NCBI GenBank assembly: GCA_030141605.1
Contig: JAQGDQ010000748.1
Coordinates: forward strand, 1-64,000
Direction: 5' to 3'
DNA: 64,000 bases
Source: Tubiluchus corallicola
Lineage: Eukaryota; Animalia; Priapulida
In this document: positions 10,777-23,070 of the stretch, piece by piece
Layout: the number at the start of each line of letters is the position of its first letter
How positions within the stretch are numbered: position 1 is the stretch's first letter
The notes under the pieces: model-generated
Seen by the model: the letters and a program-made list of their open reading frames with translations, nothing else
Database searches by the model: none
Told to the model about the DNA's origin: nothing
Translations under genes and position numbers: made by a program

Positions 10777-13700
10777 CTAAGCATCCTTCAAAGCAGCTTC
10801 CAACAGCTCCAGTTTTGTGATCGGACGAACCAACTCTGATGTTCGGGTCTTCACCTTGACAGTTCGCACCAAGCCGTCCCTGCCCTTCATGACATCACTG
10901 ATCAGAGCTAATGGCCATAAGCACCTCGGAGTGTTTTCATCTAACACCAAAACTAGATCACCAGGCTTCAAATTTTCTTTCAAGTCCATCCATTTTCCTC
11001 TCCGTTGAAGCTCAGGCAAGTAGGCCCTCACCCACTTGCGCCAGAATTGATCAGCTAAATTCTGTACATATCTCCAGCGTCGGCGATAAAAATCGTCTGA
11101 ATCAAATTTGCCTGGTGGCAAAGTAGGTCCTTCACGAAGGAGAAGAATATGATTAGGTGTCAATGGTTTGGAGTCACGAGGAACATCACTCAACTTTGTG
11201 ATTGGCCTGCCATTCAGTATAGACTCTACTGCGGCTTTAGATAACAAGGCAGCTAAAAATTCGACGCGTGCTGCGTATCATTCTCTCCCAGTGACCACCC
11301 ATATGTGAGGCTCCAGGAGGATTAAAAATGCCAATCAATCTCCCGCTTCACTGCATATGATTGAATATCCTCTTCGCTCAAGTCTTTCATACTTCGCTTG
11401 AGCTCTGACTTGCCACCAACAAAATTGGTACCATTGTCGCAGACAACCTTTTCTGGCAAACCTCTGCGTGCAGCGAATCTTCGAAAGCTGTTAAGGAAGG
11501 ACTCTGTTTCCAGACTGTTGAGCTTCTCAATGTGCACCGCTCTAGTGGTAAAACAGGTATACAGACATCCATATCTCTTGACCACTGATCTGTTTAGCTT
11601 CACCTGAAAAGGACCGAACACATCGATGCCGACAGTGGTGAATGGTGGTTTGTCAGACTGAATTCTCTCTGGTGGCAAATCTGCCATGCACTGTATACAA
11701 GGCCTAGCATACAGTTTCCTGCAAGTCACACACAGCCGGATTATCTTGTTAACCATAGCTCTCCCTTTGATAATCCAGTACTTCTTCCTGATGTGATTTA
11801 AGACCCACTCTGTGGCCAGTTGTGCAAAGCTATGAGTATCTCGGATAATCGCTGAAGCTACTGGATGACCATACGGTATTATACATGGAGGCACAATGTC
11901 CGCATTAGACTGGCTTATTCTACCGTGTAAGCAAATGATGCCATTCTCATCCATGAAAGGAGCAAGCGGTTTAATTGAACTTGATTTATTAACACTGTCA
12001 CCTGATAATAACTGTTGATACTCTTTAGCAAACACCTGTGATTGCACCGACTTTATTATTATTTTCTCTGCATGATCAATCTCCTGGACAGATAGTCGTC
12101 CTTGACAAGCTGTGCTTCGTTTTTTAAGAACATTAATCAAGCGATGCCACCATGCCACAGCTCTCTTCATGCGGTACCAACTTGAGTAGTGATTAGCAAT
12201 CTTGAGTATCGGGTCTGTAAAGGTACTGCCATCAGCCTGATCTCCAGAAACTCCAGTAATATGACTATAGATATCAGTAAGCTTTCTTGGACCATTGTAT
12301 TTCTTGACCACTGGATCTGCCTCTGGTAGGCTACTAGAATCGATTACTTCTAGGCTCCATTCACTCTTGTGCATCTACAGGAAACTTGGACCCTGGAACC
12401 ATTTCTGAACATCAAGCCTATTTACAACCTGGCCTCTAGAAAGTACATCTGCTGGGTTCTTTCTACTCCCAATGTAATGCCAATGATCTGGTTGTGACAG
12501 CTGGCGTATAGTGCTGATCCGATTGCCAACAAAAACATGAAATCTCCTGCTGTCATTTGCTATATACTTCAGCACTATCTCAGAGTCGCACCAGAAGTGT
12601 GAACCGTCAATCTTAATGTCCAGCTCTTTGCGTAGCAATGCATCCACTTTTACTGACAGAACTGCCGCCTGTAGCTCCAGGCGAGGAATTGTACACTGTT
12701 TTAGAGGTGCTACTTTGCTCTTGCTCATGACCAACTCTGTAAAAATAGCCCCTGCTTTGTTGATACATCGTATGTATGAGCAACTGCCATAAGCAAGCTG
12801 GCTGGCATCTGAGAAGTGGTGCAGCTCGATGACAGCATCATAGAACTCCGCAGGTTTTATACACCTAGGTCTCCGCAACTGACTTATACCTTCAAGCGAA
12901 AATAGCCATGTTCTCCATTGATAGTCAAGATCAGATGGGACAACTTCATCCCAAGACAGCCTATGTCGAGTTGCCTCCTGGAACAACAACTTTCCTGTTA
13001 AAACCAAAGGCCCAATTAGACCTAGAGGATCAAATATGGACGACACTATACTCAACATCTTCCTTCTGGAAATATTATCAGTTTGTAACAGTTTCTGGTC
13101 AATCACAAAGTAGAACTCATCTGACATGATACTCCATTTAACACCCAACACCCTTCCAGATGCTTCTGTTCCAAAATCTTTGACTTCCTTTGCTCGCTTA
13201 TGCTGTGGTATTTCGCAAAGCAACTCACTATCATTGACAACAAAAGCAGTTAAGTTGAAACCAGACCTCATCAAAACTTTTGGCACATCATGTATAACTG
13301 TGCGTGCTTCTTCAAGTGTGGCGGCTGATCTGAGACAGTCATCAACGTAGAATGACCTCATGACAATGTCCTTTATGACGGAGTCCACATGTTCGTACAT
13401 GACCGCACGTTGCAGAGCATAAGTGGAACTGGCTGCACACCAGATGCCACCAAATAAATGTGAAGTCATACGATAATGCACTACTACGTCACCATTCTTG
13501 TACCACAAGAAACGAAGTGCATCTCTGTCTTTCAGTGGTTTACGTACTTGATTGTACATTGCCTCTATATCAGCTTGAACCGCATAGGGATGCTGCCTGA
13601 AACGAAGAAGAACATGTAAAAGCTTATTGATGAGATCTGGACCTTGCTTGCATCGCTCATTCAAGGACCTTCCGTGAAATTTACTGGCACAGTTGAATAC

Positions 13701-15974
13701 TACTCTAAGCTTGCCTGGCTTCTTCTCTGTTATAACATCATGATGAGGCAAGTACCATATTCTTTCTGCGCTAAAAATGTCCTCTGCAGGCACGGGTTCT
13801 GCGTAACCATTCTCAAGAAGCTTGGTAATCTCATCATCATACCGCTGGAAAAGGTTTCTCTTATCGAGTCTCTTGACAAGTGACTTTAGGCACGCCTTTG
13901 CTACCACAAAATTATTTGGAAGTGGTTCATTTCTATCCTTCCATGGAATGGGTATCTCAAAGTGGCTATCCACCATGCAGCATTCTTCATCCCACATATC
14001 TACTACGGATTTGTCTTCTTGTGACCATGATGTATCATCTATGCCCTCATTTTCAATGTCCCAGATCTTCTGAACTTCCTCTTCAATTGATACGAGGGTA
14101 ACAAAATGAGAAATAGCTCTGTGACTGGCTTTAGAAGGAGCCGTGCTGCCGTTCAAACACCAACCAAACATTGTCCGCACAGCAAAGGGTTCTCCTCTCT
14201 TGCCTTTCCTGACATCCAAGGGAACAAGTGCTTCTGCATTATCTTGCCCAATCAATATGTCAGCGCCAGAACTCTGAAGATGCTTGCCAACAGGAAGTAC
14301 AATGTCGGAAAGATGTTTATACTTGCTGGTGTCCACTCCTTCACACTGGGCTGGTATTTTATCAACAACATAGACTCTTGACATACTGAGCGACTCTCCG
14401 GCACTAGACGAAATAGTAAGGCTAACCACTTCAGAAGATTTAATAGATGATCTATTCAGTGTCCTCAGTTGATAATCCTCCTTGCTGCCAGTTATTCCAA
14501 GCTGTCTAACCAACTTTCGAGAACAAAATGAACTGGTTGAACATGTGTCTAGAAGTGCTAGTGCTTGGCATGCATTATTGACTACTACCTGAACCACTGG
14601 CATACAAGTATTACCACGGGTAGAAGTACCGGCATTAGACACCATAACATCAGCACCCTCTGTAGTACTGGGCTCATCTACATGAATGTACATGGTATGT
14701 TTCTTGCCACATCCGCGTACCGAACAAACAGATTTCTTCCCACACCTCTCTGTCGTATGAGATGACAACAAACAGTTGTGGCATAACTTGAACCTCTGAA
14801 CAACGCCAAGTCTATCGTGAATATTCATCTTCTTGAATTGCTCACAGTGCCACAAGCGATGATGTTCACTGCAAAGAACACATGGTGGTTCTGGTTTAGC
14901 ATATGACTGCAATCTAGGATACCGCATTGGTGTAGGGTGTCCTTTGTTAGACCTGACACCATCCACAGCTGAAACAAAATTGGATGACCGTGTTGCACGT
15001 CTCTCATTTGAGTTACTCTGTTTCGTCATACTAAACTGGCCATAAACTGGATCATTGATATCTGCTGCAACATCTTTAACAAACTCCACCAGAGACATGA
15101 AACCTGGATACGCCCCAGTGTTCTTTTTCACCTCCAGCGCATGCTTCTTCCACTTGATTTGGATGTATGGTTGTAATCTTTGGACAATCTCTAAAATGAT
15201 GGTTTGAGAATCAACTTCCTGCAACTGATGTAATTGGCTCAAAATAACAACTGCATTACTCATTTCATCTGCTAGCTGCTGCACCTCTTGTGGAGATTTT
15301 ACTGGTTTACCATGCCTCATTTGCCTGACCAATTGCTCAGTCACAAGGTGTGAATTGCCAAACCTCTCTTCCAAAATTTCAATTGCCTTTCCATACCCCC
15401 TGTCTCCACCAATCAGCTGACACCCTCTAATGGCTTCCTTGGCTGGCCCATCAGTATACTGCATAAGCCTGGACAACTTGAGATAACTGTCAGCACAAAT
15501 ACAATCAACATTATGCTCAAATGCTTTAATGAACTGATGGTACTGAAGTGGATCTCCTTTAAAAGTCTGTAACTCAACTTTTGGCATGTTAAGCAAACTC
15601 AGCAACTCACCCCTGGTAATGTCGTCAGCACCAAATCCTGGACCAGCCCAACTGGCCTTCTTTACTGGTGACCCTACTGGAGACTTCTGTTTCACATCTG
15701 TAGTATACTGCTTTGCTAAATTCAGAACTGTGATGTAGTCTTCCTGCACCTTGTAGAAATAAGCATCACTGGTTTCCAAGTCATCCTCAGTCTCCAAAAT
15801 CTGATGATAAGAATCATGTGCTTTGGTGAACTCCTTGAAGATGCCCTTCAGTCTTTCAACTCTTTCAGCTAATTTTCCTGTATCATCTTCTGCTAGTAAC
15901 TGCTTCACCTGATTGACATCTTTAGTGACTGCCCTCTTGGCCTTTGACCTCGCATTCTTCAACTCAGCAGTCAT
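10777..15974 (-). pseudogene. BEL gag-pol polyprotein, disrupted
   Basis: ATG at 15974; gag (TFKGDPLQY) with three Cys/His knuckles; protease ALLDTCS; RT FYVDD; RNase H LHHFSDASQLAYG; integrase IDVFGP, CDNGTNF, PLTPNH. Lesions: TAG at 12377-12375, apparent +1 T frameshifts near 11325 and 11258, and a short deletion before AVESILNGRP. Confidence 0.93.
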
Positions 15975-15992
15975 GATGAAACGTTTTTTCAC

Positions 15993-16697
15993 TGTAGAAA
16001 ACTGGCTATTTGTTTTACAGATTTTATTTTCATTTTCCACTCATTGTAAAAAAGAAGAAGGTGAAAACTGCAATAGAACAAGAAAAAAAGAATATCAACA
16101 AAAATAAAGCAACAGTAAATGTGCGAGTAAATGAGAAACAAGCGTTAGCAAATTAACAACAAGCACACTGAAGCAGAAGATGATTCAAAATTAAACCATT
16201 ACATATGGCATTACAAAACAAACGCAAAAATTTGCTAACAAACAAACTTCCCAGCATATTCACAAATCAGCACGCACATGCACACACGTGCATGCCTACA
16301 CAAAAACACGCGCATACGCATGCACTTTAAACAGTTGCAAAAAATCAATAGTTAGGCAATGGCTAGAGATGAAAAGAATTATTATCAAATAAACACCAAC
16401 AGGAACTATTAAGCAAACAAATAAACTTACAAACGTTTGAGGATCTGTATAACAAATTTCAAGCCAATCTTCAGAAGTCACAAAGAGACATACTGGTTCT
16501 ACAACAGTGGCCTACTGAACTCACAACTACTATACTACTAAAACAGGATTTTTTCCTATTCTAAGGCTATCTAACCACTCAATACAAGAGCGGCCAAGCA
16601 TGTCAAACAAACTCTACAGGTAATGCAAAATGAATAAAGTCACTCTAGAATTAATACACCTGGCTTCACTGTACCCAAGCTAGCCTGAAAGATAACA
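15993..16697 (-). repeat. 5' LTR of BEL family 2
   Basis: Direct repeat of 9994-10698; AATAAA at 16028-16023; followed by GTGAAAAAACGTTTCATC and then the gag ATG. Confidence 0.97.
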
Positions 16698-18081
16698 GTA
16701 TTCTTCATTATGTTGATACCTTTGACGTGATCGTGAATTTCTCTAAAAATTATGCAACTCATAAATTATTCGTTCACACCCGACTGACTCCATTTTCAAC
16801 AGTGGTGCAATTTACTCAACATTTTGGTTATTGTGCTTCTAAATACGGATCTATCACATTTTAGCAGTTAGTATTCTTTATGCATAATATCCTTTTTACT
16901 TTCTATCTAAAGTTTAATTTATCTTTAATACAAAAAAGTGTGGTTAAAGAACATGTCAAAATTTCTTTCATTTTTTTGTACGTAGTTTTGTGCACATTTT
17001 GCATAGTAATAACACTATTTTCTAGATGACAATAAATAAAGATCAACAAAGCAAGCTGAACATGAACAAAAACAAAAACTAAATCTGAATTAAGAAACTT
17101 TACTGTGTTTTGTGTTTCAGCAAAACTTATAACATTCATTGCAACTTGCACTGTACTGATTCTAAGACAAAAAACTTAAATTGCATCAAGTTACAAGATT
17201 CAGATACATCTGGTATTGAAAATTAAGCGAATTAAATATTCGGATTTGATTTGATTTTGAAAACTTCTAAAATGTGAGATTTGAATTCAATTTGATTATG
17301 GAAATGAAGCAAAATGAGCTTCGGATTCTATTTGGTTTAGGAAATTTAAGCTTCGTCCTACATCTAATAGCTAGCAGGATTTCAAGACGATGTTGACCAA
17401 ATTGTTCAAAGCTTAAAATGGTCTCGCTGATTTGTTCTCAAAGCAAAAAACATTGTAAAATGAAATTTTAATAAGGAAATTTAGTTCTCTTAGGAAATGT
17501 TTGCTTACTATGCAGACAGTTAAGTAATAAGACTACAAATCACACATAATAAAACTGCTAGGTTAGGTGCATACATAATACAAAGGAACGTTTGCTATAT
17601 TGAATATAAGTGTACTTTTCGGGGAATTGATCACAACCTGAATTACAGAAGAGTGCCATATAAATGCATTGTAGTAAAAGCATGCCAATGCTTAACGATC
17701 CTTATAAATTATACATAAATAACAACAGCTGTTTTATTTGTATAGTTATAGTTCAAAACATATTGAAATTGTTACATGGGATCAAAAGATGATTTATTAA
17801 CTTGTATTACTCTTGAGAATGGCTGCCAATAGATAACTAACATATTGAGTTTGTCTAAAGGTAATTAATCTCTTGACCCAGTTTAACAGTTTCAGTAAAT
17901 AATAATGGCAAATTAGGTTTAAAGTTGCATGTTGTATTGAGATCTGCAAAGAAAAATCGTATAATAATTTCGGCTTCTTGAATATGAAATGTAATCACTT
18001 TATTGTATGCACTTTTTGTACTATGCTTTTGAACGAGTTTGCTTATTTTCTGCTTTTTCCAGAAAATTGGCTTTTGCAAAA

Positions 18082-20331
18082 ATGGAGCATGTACAAATTA
18101 TTCACCAGTCTCTGGATGGTGTGCAGATGGTGCAACAGCAAATCGAGGGTGCACAGGTAATAGAACAACAAGTAGATGAGGGACAGATAGTGGAACAACA
18201 ACTTGATGATGGTCAGGTAATAGAGCAACAGCAGATGCTTGAACAACAGCTGGAAAATGAGCAGATGGTTCAAGATCAGTTGAATCATTCCCATGTGAGC
18301 AGTGGGCAAGTTGTAGAGCAGCAGTTAGATGGTGGTCAAATAATGACACAGCAGTTGGAAGGAGGGCACATGCAGGTACATGTTGTAGATGAAAATGGGC
18401 AGATTGTTGAGCAACAGATGAATGGCGGACCTGTGCATATTGTGGAGCGTCAGTTGGATGGAACTCATATAGTAAAACAGTTAGAAGATGGTCAAATTAT
18501 AGAACAACCTCTGCATGGAGTGCAGATAGTTGAACAGCAGTTAGATGGTCGACAAACTGTTGTGCAAACTATCACTGAACCCGCAGAAGCAAGCCGCATG
18601 GGTCAGGCAAACGAGGCTTTGGGTCAAGCCTATGAACAGTCTTCACAGCCAGAACTGGAAACAGCTATACACACCATTAATTTTGACGTTGAAAATGGTA
18701 CAGTATTATCCACGGATGCAGTTCTCATTGACGGCTTGGTTCCTAATCATGAGATGCTGGTATGCTTTGAATGCATGGCATGTGAGTCAAAGTTTGCAGA
18801 TGAAACTGAGTTCCTTTCGCACACACGAGCTGCTCATTGCTTAGTAACTTTAGTTGATCCAGAACAAGCTGCCTCGATGACAAATCGTGTTGGATTGCCA
18901 TTCCCTATTGAAAAGTGGAAACCAAAAACAGATTTTTTTGTACGTCCTGAAGGTGATGATGAAGACGAATACATTGTTGAGCGAAAACATGGTAACTTTT
19001 CTGTCAAGAGCCGGAAAAGAGCTTCTGATGCATTATCAGCTGGCGGTGCATCTAATTACGTTATTGAACGATTGCAGATGAGTGATATCATTGCAGCATT
19101 GAAGTCGTCTGGCAAAAAAACTGATAGTATTCCTTCTGTTAAATCTGTCGAGTTAGCTAAAGGCAAAAAACCTGTTCCAAGAAGATCAGCTGGTTCGAAG
19201 GGAATTACCATACCGAAATCAGCTCTGCGAGGGAAAGGTGATACCCGTGAATTTTCTCAAGAAGTTATTCTTGTTCCAATTGTAGGTGCTGATGGCAAAA
19301 ACCAAGATCCTGTTTTTCTTTTCAAGAATCCAAATGCACCTGTACCTGGATTCGTGCCAGCAGCAGATGAACCTATTATTGTTATGCAACAGGATTCGAA
19401 GAAGCAAACTCCAGCCCGCATAGTAGCAAGCAGAAGTGGTGATGCGACACAGGAAAGTAAGCCCAAAATGCAAATGTCAACCATTGGCACAATTGCATCT
19501 GCAAGCAGTGGAGCTGAGACTGGTGGAGGCACGAGCATTAATGCATCAGAAGACATCATTCAAGTTCCAGTCGTTTATACCCAAGCGGATCTTTCTTCAT
19601 CTGCTGCTGGTGAAGCCCAGAAGTTTGTTGTTCATGGAGATGGTGAAAATATGTCAGTTATAACACCACAGAAGAGTCAATCTCTGAAATCACCAAACAA
19701 AAGTCAGATCTCTGTATCACCAGTTAAACCAGTTAAAGTGTCTCCACCATTTCCTTCTATCAAAGTTTCTACATTAAAACCAGATGTTCAGACTGGAAAA
19801 CATTCAGGCATTCGAACTTTTACACTTCCTGTTAGTCAGTCGGGTAGTGACAGTGGTAGTGAAGGTTTATCGCCAGCTCGCGTGTCTGAATTGTTTCCTG
19901 GGAAATCATTTACCATCAAGCCGGAACCACTGGACATACCAACAGTTGTAATTGATTCACCATCAAGTAGAACTAGAGGAGTAAAACGCCGACGTCCACA
20001 GATATTTGAGATAAAACCAGTTAGATCTGAGGGTGGACAAGGTTATAGTATTTCTACTACTGAAGCTGCTACTGAAGAGCAGACAGGCGATGCAGAACCT
20101 AACATTAAACTGATGAAGTTAGCTGATACTGTTGTCTCTGCAGCACAGGATGAAAACACTGATATTCAGATGCAAGTTGCTGAGAAGCAAACTGATGACT
20201 TTGCTGAAGCTTTCCAAGAGGACGAAGCTGCATCAGCAGATACTGATAAAGGATCATATACTATAGGTCAAGTAGTTATTGGGGAGGAAGGGCAAATACC
20301 AATAACTACTGGACTGGGATCGCAAAGTTAA
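18082..20331 (+). CDS. Uncharacterised 749-aa protein: N-terminal Gln-rich 10-aa repeats, one C2H2 zinc finger, long low-complexity tail
   Basis: Long ORF; acceptor tttttccag ends at 18062 and the first ATG after it is 18082 (AAAATGG); C2H2 CMACESKFADETEFLSHTRAAH at 18772-18837; basic KRRRP motif. Confidence 0.8.
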   Translation: MEHVQIIHQSLDGVQMVQQQIEGAQVIEQQVDEGQIVEQQLDDGQVIEQQQMLEQQLENEQMVQDQLNHSHVSSGQVVEQQLDGGQIMTQQLEGGHMQVHVVDENGQIVEQQMNGGPVHIVERQLDGTHIVKQLEDGQIIEQPLHGVQIVEQQLDGRQTVVQTITEPAEASRMGQANEALGQAYEQSSQPELETAIHTINFDVENGTVLSTDAVLIDGLVPNHEMLVCFECMACESKFADETEFLSHTRAAHCLVTLVDPEQAASMTNRVGLPFPIEKWKPKTDFFVRPEGDDEDEYIVERKHGNFSVKSRKRASDALSAGGASNYVIERLQMSDIIAALKSSGKKTDSIPSVKSVELAKGKKPVPRRSAGSKGITIPKSALRGKGDTREFSQEVILVPIVGADGKNQDPVFLFKNPNAPVPGFVPAADEPIIVMQQDSKKQTPARIVASRSGDATQESKPKMQMSTIGTIASASSGAETGGGTSINASEDIIQVPVVYTQADLSSSAAGEAQKFVVHGDGENMSVITPQKSQSLKSPNKSQISVSPVKPVKVSPPFPSIKVSTLKPDVQTGKHSGIRTFTLPVSQSGSDSGSEGLSPARVSELFPGKSFTIKPEPLDIPTVVIDSPSSRTRGVKRRRPQIFEIKPVRSEGGQGYSISTTEAATEEQTGDAEPNIKLMKLADTVVSAAQDENTDIQMQVAEKQTDDFAEAFQEDEAASADTDKGSYTIGQVVIGEEGQIPITTGLGSQS

Positions 20332-22869
20332 TTCAAAAGCTGTTAACAACTGTTCACTACTCTTCACATCACATCATAGTTGTCTAAAATTGTGTAGAGT
20401 GCACTAGTGGATAGGTCTTTATAATCTTTGTGTTGCAACATTATTTTGAGTTGTTTCTGTATTGTGAAATTTCAGCTTTTTTTGTTTTTGTTGAAGTCTT
20501 GAAACTTTGTGAGATTTGTTGATCATTCTTGCACTCTTTTACTGAAATTTTTGTGAAGTATTAAGTGTTCCTATTTAGTGCTCGCATTTTATTCAGTGGC
20601 TTCATTAACTGGGAAATATAGTTGGTAAAATGAAGTGGAACATGTGCATGCACCTGCGTAGGTATCTGTATATGCTTGCATGAATCCGTAACTGACCCAT
20701 GTGACATGATGTACATTAGTGAAGCCATCGCATTTGAGTAACATTTGAGCATCAAGGTGTATTTAGAGGTTAGGTTCAAAGTTGCTAGCAAGTTTATTTA
20801 GAAATAATGTAGAAAAAGAGACACATGAAATCAGAGTCACCTATCTTCAGAACAAATATAAATATTTATGTTTATGAATTTATTTAATCTAAATTACAGT
20901 TTATCAAAATTTGGTTAATAGTTTTGATGAAATTAATTTGCAGTTTTGATGTGCTCAAAGTATTAAAGATGGTGTACCATGAATTCAAAGTGTATTGTTA
21001 TTGCAGGCAACATTTCTAAAAATTTCTGTAAATCTATAATTTTGGATAAATTTGTTGTATGATTGTATAATTTTGGGATACCTATATTTCCATGCATACA
21101 CTATAATTTACGGATGTGTGTTGTGGTTAGTTACGCCTTGTAGTTCTAACCCACATTTAAGAACATACCATTCTGTAAAGATATATATTACTTGTATAAT
21201 GTGCTGTGTTTAGCAAAACCCTTTGTTACTGAGTTTTTAGATGTATGTCGCTCATGAAAACTAATTGCTTGCATGTATTTAGGCACTATTCTGTTTAGTA
21301 CACAAGTGTAGTTGTTTGGTTTGTGGTCCCAGTCTAACATTCAGAATAACGACGTAAACATGTAGCATTATTATTTAATACAAAATGGTGTACAATGGCT
21401 TATGTTTTTCTCATCTAGTATTTATCTCTTTATAAAAATATCTAGAGATAAGTTATGTGCATGCATAATTAATTGAAGCTAACAAAATGAAGCAGCTCCA
21501 GTATTGTCATTGCAAACAAACAAGGTACAGGTATTGCCATTTTACTTCCATGTGTTGGTGGTTTCATTTCTTGTAAGACGTTATATTCTGATTTCCACCC
21601 AGTCAGCAAATACTTCTTTTACGTATTCAAAAAAATTGATGAGTTCTTGCGAATCTTTTATAAAACATAATAGTCTAGCGTAGACGTTTAACACTTTGTG
21701 GGAACTAAAACTTTATAGTCTTTAGTTTAGATCATCTTAATTTTGTTAAGAATTTATAAAATACCAAGTTATTTGTACAGTAGATGTAAACACAACTTTT
21801 TCAGAGTGAGTTATGACTGATATGTATGGTATCATATTATATTGTCATTTACTCTGAGTGACAGGACTGGTTTTGCAGAATTCGGGTTTACATTTAATTT
21901 TGCAAAGAACTTGTTATTACTTGACATTATATACACCAAGGTTAATTAATTTTCATGGTTACAAAGATATGTTTTGTTTGTGTGTGATGTCTTACATTGG
22001 AAAATACAAAAAGTTGTTACATTTCTTTTCCTTTTTAAGTCTTATTTTGTGTGTAGACATCTTCTTGATAAAATCTTTGTTTGTTGACATTCATAATATT
22101 CCCTTTGTAAAATTAAAATTGTGTATAAAGCTTTATTATTACCATTGTTCAAAGCTTTTTGCTTTATTGTACATATTGTAAAAATTCAAAGTGCAGGTTA
22201 TTGAGCAAATTTCTGGGACTACCATAATATTTGATCTTGCTCTTCCTGTGCACACAACATGTATTACACATCGATGCACTTTGTTTTGTGAGTACAAATT
22301 TAGCAAAGCTGGAAAATGTTCATTTTTTTCTGGAGGTTACTACTGTGCATGGTTTTCAATAATGCGATTTTCATTCTGTCATTTGCCAGGTTTTTTTTTA
22401 AAGTTTTACCTTGACAGTTACCTTGAATTTCATATTTCCCATGTTATTCATTTCTTTTTTGCAGTTTGTTTTCACATGTACTGAATTATAATGCATTTCT
22501 TGTGTTTCTGTAAATTGCCAATAGTTTTCTTCAATCAGATCTCAATGTGTAGTTAAAGTATTGTTATGATTCAATTTTTGCATTCTGTCACAGATTCATA
22601 CATTGTAAACGTTTTCATTTAATTTGAGTATGTTGACGTTCACTTACTGTTTGTCATTTTTTTCATGTGTAGCAGAAATAATTACGACACCTGATAATTT
22701 TATTGATTCTGTTTAAATTTTTCGCATTTTTTTAAATTTTATGCAGCGTAATCCAATCATATGTTTGTACTTCATAATTAACATTGTGAAAAGTGTATTG
22801 TGGACAGCGGTTTAATTTGTGCTACGTTATTTTACACTCTGCTTGATTATACATGTAATGACAATAACA

Positions 22870-23070
22870 ATAACAGTCAACTTGGGTGAAATATTAAAGA
22901 AGGAAAACGAGAGAGAAGAATGACAGACTACATTATACAGGCAGACTTGCTACTGTTGTTTAGTCAAAAGTTATTTGAGTTTGCTCAAAACGATAATAAA
23001 AATAATGCCCATTGAACGTTACTTGGCATATCAAGGGCTTTCGACATTGTGCATCGTTCAATCTTATTAT
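22870..23070 (+). mobile_element. Small LINE reverse transcriptase remnant
   Basis: ISRAFDIVHRSIL at about 23028-23066 matches the D.SKAFD.V RT motif; the flanks are decayed. Confidence 0.4.

Larger units (their letters stand above)
9994..16697 (-). mobile_element. Full-length BEL/Pao LTR retrotransposon (family 2), 6704 bp
   Basis: Two 705-bp LTRs with TGT...ACA ends; perfect 5-bp TSD GTATT (9989-9993 and 16698-16702); PPT CGGTGGGGAG at 10708-10699; gag-PR-RT-RH-IN order. Confidence 0.97.

Noticed and set aside
17210-17367. GATTTGATT-rich segment as a hAT-like MITE
   Set aside because: It is too decayed to define TIRs or a TSD by eye.
18007-18081. ORF-track N-terminus MHFLYYAF... as a signal peptide
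   Set aside because: It mostly overlaps the polypyrimidine tract and acceptor ending at 18062, so it is probably intron and UTR.
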